Shown: positions 29,174 through 34,479 of the stretch, one piece after another
How the letters are laid out: every line of letters starts with the position of its first letter
How positions within the stretch are numbered: position 1 is the stretch's first letter
NCBI GenBank assembly: GCA_028286615.1
Contig: JAQBRG010000004.1
Coordinates: 1-34,479, forward strand
Origin: Parcubacteria group bacterium
GTDB lineage: Bacteria; Patescibacteriota; Minisyncoccia; Phycocordibacterales; Phycocordibacteraceae
Length of the DNA: 34,479 nt
Reading direction: 5' to 3'
Program-made: the position numbers and the translations under genes
The notes under the pieces: model-generated
Databases searched by the model: none
What the model was told of the DNA's origin: nothing
What the model saw: only the letters and a program-made list of their open reading frames with translations

Positions 29174-29506
29174 CTACCAAGAACGAAGTTCACTATGTTT
29201 ATTACAAGGAACAACATACCCGCTAAAGCCCGTCTCCCTCTTCCATTCCTGTAAAAGATAGGGGTGCACATCTTTTTTAGACACAGGCACATGTACATCA
29301 CAGCACGGGCAAAGTATATAAGCGAAATAGTATTTCATGCCTTTGTAACCACAATCTTTTACCCATTTTCGTAACTGAATGTCTGAACGCTGCACTTGCA
29401 ACTTAGCGCCACACCCTCGACCAAGAATGCTAGTTGTACACAACAACTCGATCGTCCATGACTCCGGAATTTCTGTAGGAATTACACCTACGTTGATTAA
29501 CTTCAT
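29174..29506 (-). CDS. Cys-rich hypothetical protein (putative zinc ribbon)
   Basis: C..GCGA.L.V...D....CPCC pattern; ATGA overlap with the upstream gene. Confidence 0.65.
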   Translation of the reverse strand: MKLINVGVIPTEIPESWTIELLCTTSILGRGCGAKLQVQRSDIQLRKWVKDCGYKGMKYYFAYILCPCCDVHVPVSKKDVHPYLLQEWKRETGFSGYVVPCNKHSELRSW

Positions 29507-29730
29507 TTCTTTTCTCCAAACATGATTGCCATGGCAGCCCGAAGACCGCCTCGCTTATACGCTTCGTCTGCTTTAACTAGAATCGCCTTACCTTCTGAAC
29601 CTTCTCTCCAAGCGTGCGTGCGTGCCTGTACTCTTTGTAGGATTGCCTCAGCTTTTAATGAGACAGCAGGAAGTGTATCCAACGTATAGGTTCCTGGAGG
29701 AATGGGAGGTCTTTCGCGATCTTCATCCAT
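29503..29730 (-). CDS. hypothetical protein (75 aa) directly downstream of the SAM-I riboswitch
   Basis: AAAGGAG SD before MDEDRE; translationally coupled to the next gene. Confidence 0.6.
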   Translation of the reverse strand: MDEDRERPPIPPGTYTLDTLPAVSLKAEAILQRVQARTHAWREGSEGKAILVKADEAYKRGGLRAAMAIMFGEKK

Positions 29731-29753
29731 ACTTAGCTCCTTTGCCATAGAAA

Positions 29754-29792
29754 GAACAAAACGGCCACTCCGAAGAGGTGGCCGTTTTGTTC
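29754..29792 (-). terminator. riboswitch expression-platform terminator
   Basis: GAACAAAACGGCCAC...GTGGCCGTTTTGTTC followed by TTTCT. Confidence 0.85.
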
Positions 29793-29799
29793 GGTTTTT

Positions 29800-29897
29800 A
29801 CATCTTCCCCGGAGGGCTGGAATTCGCACCTTACCGATTGGCAGGTTGCGGATAGAGTATTGGGCCAGAACCCTTTGCACCTCTATGCTCTTGATGT
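29800..29897 (-). ncRNA. SAM-I family riboswitch aptamer (variant P2)
   Basis: ACAUCAAGAG...AGGGUUCUGGCCCAAU...GCAACCUGCC..GGUAAGGUGCGAAUUCCAG.CCC..GGGGAAGAUGU: P1 ACAUC/GAUGU, CUGG/CCAG pseudoknot, P3 GCAACC/GGUGC. Confidence 0.85.
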
Positions 29898-30326
29898 CTT
29901 GTCTGGAGTTAGTGTATCACGTAATTGCTTAGCACGTTTAGCACCCAACAAAACACTGTAGTTAGGGTGGTTCTTAAAATCCTTGAGATCCCAGACTATT
30001 GGATATCCAACTTCCTTTGATAGATGAATTACTTTGTCAGAACCGATATACACCCCCATGTGCGCACCATAGGATTCTTCTTTGCTATTAAAGAACAGAA
30101 TATCCAAAGGTTCGAGGACCTCTACCCTTCGTGTATAAGTCTCATCTTCCCAAAGATTACTTGAGCGCAGATCTGGCACTTTGTATCCAAAATATTTGAG
30201 AAGTTCGTATGCAAAGTACTGGCAGTTAGCTCCTTTCTCTAATCCTTCACAGTTTCCACTGCCAGGATACCGAGACCCGTCGTAGAAAGAATTGAAGAAG
30301 TGTGCCGGGATGCAGAGGGTATCCAT
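29883..30326 (-). CDS. NlpC/P60-like cysteine hydrolase
   Basis: ANCQYF, LDILFF, HMGVYIG, VIHLS. Confidence 0.75.
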   Translation of the reverse strand: MDTLCIPAHFFNSFYDGSRYPGSGNCEGLEKGANCQYFAYELLKYFGYKVPDLRSSNLWEDETYTRRVEVLEPLDILFFNSKEESYGAHMGVYIGSDKVIHLSKEVGYPIVWDLKDFKNHPNYSVLLGAKRAKQLRDTLTPDKTSRA

Positions 30327-30332
30327 GAGGGC

Positions 30333-30371
30333 ATGGTATCAAATTACCAAGGTTTGGGACGATGTTGGAAC
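30333..30371 (-). repeat. cassette-junction repeat copy A
   Basis: TGGGACGATGTTGGAAC (30355-30371) plus ATGGTATCAAATT (30333-30345). Confidence 0.85.
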
Positions 30372-31010
30372 CTATTTTTGCCGCACAGCAAGTATGTTCT
30401 TTCCTGATTCGTTCGGAAAAGCCCACGCTCGCTCAAACTCATCCATTGATACACGTTGATTTTCAGCTGGGGGTAATCCCGGATTGTGTAGGAGCAAAGT
30501 TTCGTCTTCATGTCCCCAAACCACTACCGAGTGTGGCAAATATCCTTCGACATCCTTCAATCTCGCGGAATTAATATTACAAATCACTAAATAACCATCA
30601 TCTATAAACTTCTTTAGGTCACTCAGGTCCGGTATCCTCACCCGAACATCCACATACTTCAAAAGCTTTTTGCTCAATTTCTGTTCCTGCTCCAGACTTG
30701 TGTGCTTGTCTTGTGCCTCGGCAATTTCATTCCCGAACATTTCTTGCAGATAGCCTTTCCCCTCCAGGGAAAACTTCTCATAGTCAAAGAGTTCAATATC
30801 TACCACTTCATATCCACTCTCTGAAAGCCAGATCATAGCAGCAATAGGCCACGTCCACTGCCCCTCCACCTTCGCCGTTATACGCTCCAGTTCCTTCCAA
30901 GAATAATCCTTTTCGCGGTTAAAGAATTTCAAGACCATCCTCAGGGCAGCCTGGAAACAATGAGTATTGTCTTCTGTGTTTGCGTAAAAGGGTACCTGCG
31001 AATCTTTCAT
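30372..31010 (-). CDS. peptidase C39-like papain-fold protein
   Basis: VPFYAN, HCFQAALRMVL, HSVVVWG, LHNPG. Confidence 0.8.
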   Translation of the reverse strand: MKDSQVPFYANTEDNTHCFQAALRMVLKFFNREKDYSWKELERITAKVEGQWTWPIAAMIWLSESGYEVVDIELFDYEKFSLEGKGYLQEMFGNEIAEAQDKHTSLEQEQKLSKKLLKYVDVRVRIPDLSDLKKFIDDGYLVICNINSARLKDVEGYLPHSVVVWGHEDETLLLHNPGLPPAENQRVSMDEFERAWAFPNESGKNILAVRQK

Positions 31011-31016
31011 ACTTAA

Positions 31017-31056
31017 ATGGTACCAAATTGCTGGCAATCTGGGACGATGTTGGAAC
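31017..31056 (-). repeat. cassette-junction repeat copy B
   Basis: TGGGACGATGTTGGAAC (31040-31056) plus ATGGTACCAAATT (31017-31029). Confidence 0.85.
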
Positions 31057-31168
31057 TCTTGTGTCGCTAGCCAGGTCCTCACCCCGTATTGGGTACTAGA
31101 GTTTTGGATGTAGAACGCGCGGCCACTTGGACCGCGCGATTGTTAAAAGAGGTGTATTCGCTTCAGAG

Positions 31169-31354
31169 TTATCCGGTGTAGCGAACTCGTTCGGCAACAG
31201 CCTCCATCACCTCAGATGGTCGGAATTGGCGTTCGATGATCGGGAGATCAGGATTAAGTACACCGGATGACAATTGGCTCGACGCTCTGACGACAGCTGC
31301 GGCTGCGTCAAGATTGTCTGCCAGACGTTGGCTGTCCATACTTTTCAGGTCCAT
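31169..31354 (-). CDS. small hypothetical protein (61 aa)
   Basis: GAGGAA SD-like sequence; GC hairpin downstream (about 31116-31138). Confidence 0.4.
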   Translation of the reverse strand: MDLKSMDSQRLADNLDAAAAVVRASSQLSSGVLNPDLPIIERQFRPSEVMEAVAERVRYTG

Positions 31355-31477
31355 GCTAGTTCCTCACTTACGTCCAGGTTGGTCTGGGTGGAAACTCTAG
31401 CAAATAACTTCAGTTCCTTCAATCTACGGCCTTTGGTGTAAAGAATGCTTGCGATATGAGACGACGTTAGAACCTTT

Positions 31478-31906
31478 CTAACTATAGAGCTGGAACTCCT
31501 CCGTAAGGATTCTAATCGCTTCGGTCGCCCCATACAGAGTGGCGCCCAGATATTCAAAATCGCTTTCTTGTTTTCCAGCCATAGAATCATTGAGTTTATC
31601 GTCGTGTCGGGTATCGAGCATTTCTCTAGGAAAATCAACAAGTAGGAGATCTTCCATAGTTCTGGCTTTCCCTATTAGGTCAGCGATTTTTGCAGAGCTC
31701 CCTTTCTTTATTACAAAACCAAACCGCGCAATGCCGGCATGCTTAATACCAGATCCGTCTTTAAGTACGCTGCGTCCCATAAGTTCGCCGTCCTTATTTG
31801 CACCAATGGCTATTGCCATGTGTCCAAGCACATTCATTGCTTGCCATGGCTCTAATGAATCAGAAATGATAGCAATAATTTTTCTGGCCTTAAAGTCGTA
31901 CGTCAT
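31478..31906 (-). CDS. DUF2000-like protein (PTH2 fold)
   Basis: KIIAII...LEPWQAMNVLGHMAIAIG, D.SG..H.GI, VDFPREM, YLG..LYG....I..LT. Confidence 0.75.
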   Translation of the reverse strand: MTYDFKARKIIAIISDSLEPWQAMNVLGHMAIAIGANKDGELMGRSVLKDGSGIKHAGIARFGFVIKKGSSAKIADLIGKARTMEDLLLVDFPREMLDTRHDDKLNDSMAGKQESDFEYLGATLYGATEAIRILTEEFQLYS

Positions 31907-31926
31907 CTACAGATAGTATCAAAGAT

Positions 31927-31950
31927 TGCTGGGAGACTAGGGATCGAACT
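31927..31950 (-). pseudogene. 3' fragment of a tRNA-Gln (att-like remnant)
   Basis: AGTTCGATCCCTAGTCTCCCAGCA = T-loop, 3' T-stem, acceptor strand ending A72, G73 discriminator; no 5' half. Confidence 0.7.
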
Positions 31951-31959
31951 CCCTCAGAC

Positions 31960-33225
31960 CTATGCAAAACTCTCAGGAATAGGATGTGCTGCTGCTAGCT
32001 CCTGTACTTTCAAATGCGCAGCTTTAACCGTTGCATCGTCTCGCTTCGTTAGGATTTCAATCATGAGCTCTGCAACCTGCACGCATTCTTCTTTCTTAAA
32101 TCCACGCGTTGTCATAGCAGGTGTACCAAAACGAATACCAGAAGGATCCATTGGCTTACGCGTATCGTCAGCAATTGAGTTCTTGTTAAGCGTTATGCCA
32201 GCTTCGTCGAGAAGCTTTTCTGCTTCCCCTCCTGAGATACCAAACGAAGTCCATGCGTCAGCAAGGATGAGATGGTTGTCCGTGCCACCAGTTAGAAGAC
32301 GTGCACCGTGTGCCTTGAACACTTCGGCCATAGCAGCAGCGTTCGCAACAGTCTGGTGTGCATAATCTTTGAACGAAGGGCGGAGTGCTTCTCCAAACGA
32401 AATTGCTTTAGCAGCAATCTGGTGCATGTGCGGACCGCCCTGAAGTCCAGGGAAGAGTGCCTTGTCTATCTTCTTCGCAACTTCTTCGCTCTCTCGCGTA
32501 AGGATCATGCCGCCACGTGGACCTCGAAGCGTCTTGTGCGTGGTTGTGGTCATAACATCGAAGCCGTGATCAAAGGGGCTCTTCGCTGCGCCTCCTGCGA
32601 TGAGTCCTGCAATGTGCGCTACGTCAGCAACGGCATATGCACCAACCTCTTTAGCGATATCTGAGATCTTCTGCCACTCAAGTTCCCTGGGGTATGCAGA
32701 GAAGCCAGCCAGAATAACCTTCGGCTTTTCTTTAAGGGCCGTCTCTCGAAGCGCGTCGTAGTCTATCTCCCCTGTCTCAACATCTTTCATCTTGTACCTG
32801 ATGAAGTTGAAGATCTTGCTGATGTACGTAACTGGGTGTCCGTGCGTAAGATGTCCTCCATGCGAGAGGTCCATACCTAGAATGGTGTCTCCTGGCTCCA
32901 TAAGTGCCATATAGAGCGCGATGTTTGCGTTTGCGCCTCCTAGTGGCTGTACGTTTGCGTGCGATGCGTTAAAGAGCTTTTTCGCGCGATCTTGAGCGAT
33001 GCGTTCAACCTGGTCTGTGTATTCCTGTCCTCCGTAATACCGCTTGCCTGGGTACCCTTCTGAGTACTTGTTCGTAAGCGCACTGGCCATTGCTTCACGT
33101 ACTGCGCTTGATACGTAGTTCTCTGATGGGATAAGCTCAAGTCCTTCCGCTTGGCGCTTTTCTTCTCCCGTAAGAGTTGCAAACACCTCTGCGTCCTCTT
33201 TCTGTACGTGTGGGTACCAATCCAT
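31960..33225 (-). CDS. glyA: serine hydroxymethyltransferase
   Basis: LIPSENY, NKYSEGYPGKRYYGG, GGHLTHG, TTTTHKTLRGPRGG. Confidence 0.98.
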   Translation of the reverse strand: MDWYPHVQKEDAEVFATLTGEEKRQAEGLELIPSENYVSSAVREAMASALTNKYSEGYPGKRYYGGQEYTDQVERIAQDRAKKLFNASHANVQPLGGANANIALYMALMEPGDTILGMDLSHGGHLTHGHPVTYISKIFNFIRYKMKDVETGEIDYDALRETALKEKPKVILAGFSAYPRELEWQKISDIAKEVGAYAVADVAHIAGLIAGGAAKSPFDHGFDVMTTTTHKTLRGPRGGMILTRESEEVAKKIDKALFPGLQGGPHMHQIAAKAISFGEALRPSFKDYAHQTVANAAAMAEVFKAHGARLLTGGTDNHLILADAWTSFGISGGEAEKLLDEAGITLNKNSIADDTRKPMDPSGIRFGTPAMTTRGFKKEECVQVAELMIEILTKRDDATVKAAHLKVQELAAAHPIPESFA

Positions 33226-33286
33226 AATTCCGTAATCGTACCTTGTCCACGCCTTCATTCCAACCACATGCTCTATAGTGCTCAAT

Positions 33287-34306
33287 ATGCCTTTTAAACA
33301 CATGCTCAAGCCCGTACGAAAGATAGGACCGCTTTTTGAATCAAACCGCTTTAAAGACGTTAAGGATCCTTGCGTCGCTTTTGACGGGACAACCTGGCAT
33401 ATATATGGAACTGCTGGAGATACCTTTCCTGAAGAATGGGAGATTCTCCACGCAACCGCGCCTGCTATTGAGGGGCCTTGGACTGAGTTAGGTGTTGTAA
33501 ACCTGCGAGGTGTAGAGGGTCCTCACGTATGCGCTCCTACCGTTGTATATGACCCCGAGGACAAACTTTTTCACATGGCAGTGCAGAAAGATTTCATGGA
33601 TGTTGGCGGAGGTCTCGCCTATCTCGTATCAGCAGACGGGCATACGTTTACAAAGATGCGTACTCTCATGCGTCCCACAAACGAGAGCGAGGCAGGCTTG
33701 TATGATCCTCAACTTAGTACGATTAAAGGTAAGAAGTACTTGGTGTATTCCGGCATACCAGAGATGCGAGCGTACGACACACGTCCGCGCCCTGTCCCGC
33801 AACCTGACGTGTACCTCGCAAAGAGCAGTACTGATTATTGGTCTGGGCACTGGAAGCGCATGAAAGCTATTCTTAGGCACGAAGATATTGCGTGGCATCA
33901 CAACCATCGCGAACACCCAGATTACGAATGGGGTATCGAGGGCCCTGAAGTTCGCGAACTTCCTGGCGGAAAGATTCTTCTTAATGCCACCTGCTTCATT
34001 GAGGAAGGAAGACGAGGCACGCGCCAGCGAGTCTTTTTCGCTATGGCTGACGATGTGAAGGGTCCATACACAACGATTGGTCCTGTGCTTCCCACCGAAG
34101 GCTTAGAGGAATGGGAGAACGGAGAGAACGGTCACGCAAGCACGTGGATTATGGGAGACGAGTTATATCTTTTCTATCAAGCACGTCCACAGACTGTGGC
34201 TGAACCGATAGAGGCAAATGCTTGGAAATACGGTATCGCGATCTTTAAGATTGAAGATCTTTTGAAAGAATTCGAAGCGGTTAAAGCAGAAACAATTACC
34301 CAGTAG
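33287..34306 (+). CDS. five-bladed beta-propeller glycoside hydrolase (GH43/GH32-like)
   Basis: KDPCV, CAPTV, YDPQL, EGPEV, NGHAS...LFYQA blade motifs with Asp/Asp/Glu; no signal peptide. Confidence 0.75.
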   Translation: MPFKHMLKPVRKIGPLFESNRFKDVKDPCVAFDGTTWHIYGTAGDTFPEEWEILHATAPAIEGPWTELGVVNLRGVEGPHVCAPTVVYDPEDKLFHMAVQKDFMDVGGGLAYLVSADGHTFTKMRTLMRPTNESEAGLYDPQLSTIKGKKYLVYSGIPEMRAYDTRPRPVPQPDVYLAKSSTDYWSGHWKRMKAILRHEDIAWHHNHREHPDYEWGIEGPEVRELPGGKILLNATCFIEEGRRGTRQRVFFAMADDVKGPYTTIGPVLPTEGLEEWENGENGHASTWIMGDELYLFYQARPQTVAEPIEANAWKYGIAIFKIEDLLKEFEAVKAETITQ

Positions 34307-34479
34307 AACCAATGCCTCCTCGAGAAGGATTACCTAAAGAGTCTACTTCGTCCCACTCAACACGGTCATAAGGCACGACAATGATCTGGGTTACGCGCTC
34401 CCCTTTCTTAACTTCTACGTCTTGGTCTGTGAAGTTGTAGAAGATAACTTTGTATTCGTCGTCATCTCCGCAATAATCT
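34296..34479 (-). CDS. dut: dUTPase, 3' part (truncated by the window end)
   Basis: Manual translation DYCGDDDEYKVIFYNFTDQDVEVKKGERVTQII...SRGGIGSTG* covers motifs III-V. Confidence 0.92.
   Translation of the reverse strand, partial: DYCGDDDEYKVIFYNFTDQDVEVKKGERVTQIIVVPYDRVEWDEVDSLGNPSRGGIGSTG

Noticed and set aside
30355-31056. CRISPR array or IS terminal repeats
   Set aside because: Two direct copies about 685 bp apart enclose a whole gene; no cas gene or transposase
31360-31410. Purine-riboswitch-like words (AGUUUCCACC...GAC)
   Set aside because: No P2 with the AUAUGG loop, no CCGUAAA loop and no P1
31927-31960. Intact tRNA gene
   Set aside because: The D-arm, anticodon arm and 5' T-stem are missing; glyA occupies that position

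Overview
Mostly core chromosome of a Patescibacteria (CPR) bacterium. Parcubacteria, probably Kaiserbacteria-like, is inferred from gene content and style. The window holds the 5' end of a 23S rRNA gene that has its own promoter and no linked 16S, rplJ-rplL with an L10 leader, two PG-binding/S-layer-like surface proteins, a four-helix/wHTH regulator, ftsK-recA, efp, rpsF-ssb-rpsR, tatD, a DinJ/YafQ-type TA pair, metG, an AI-2E permease, glyQS, a DUF11-like protein, recO, ileS, argS, an accessory region (about 28.9-31.95 kb), glyA, a GH43-like propeller and the 3' end of dut. The most notable observations are: (1) a variant SAM-I riboswitch with a terminator in front of two orphan genes; (2) accessory genes each preceded by a conserved repeat or tRNA-Gln 3' fragment plus a leaderless promoter, which looks like a cassette array; (3) a wHTH gene carrying helically phased AGGACA-type repeats in its promoter and its own CDS; (4) IleRS with a GVHH signature and an intact inserted histidine-phosphatase domain; (5) pervasive TGn-TAnnnT-N6-ATG leaderless promoters; (6) a hairpin insertion in 23S rRNA and a switch-like rRNA leader. 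All calls come from reading the sequence by eye; no searches were run.
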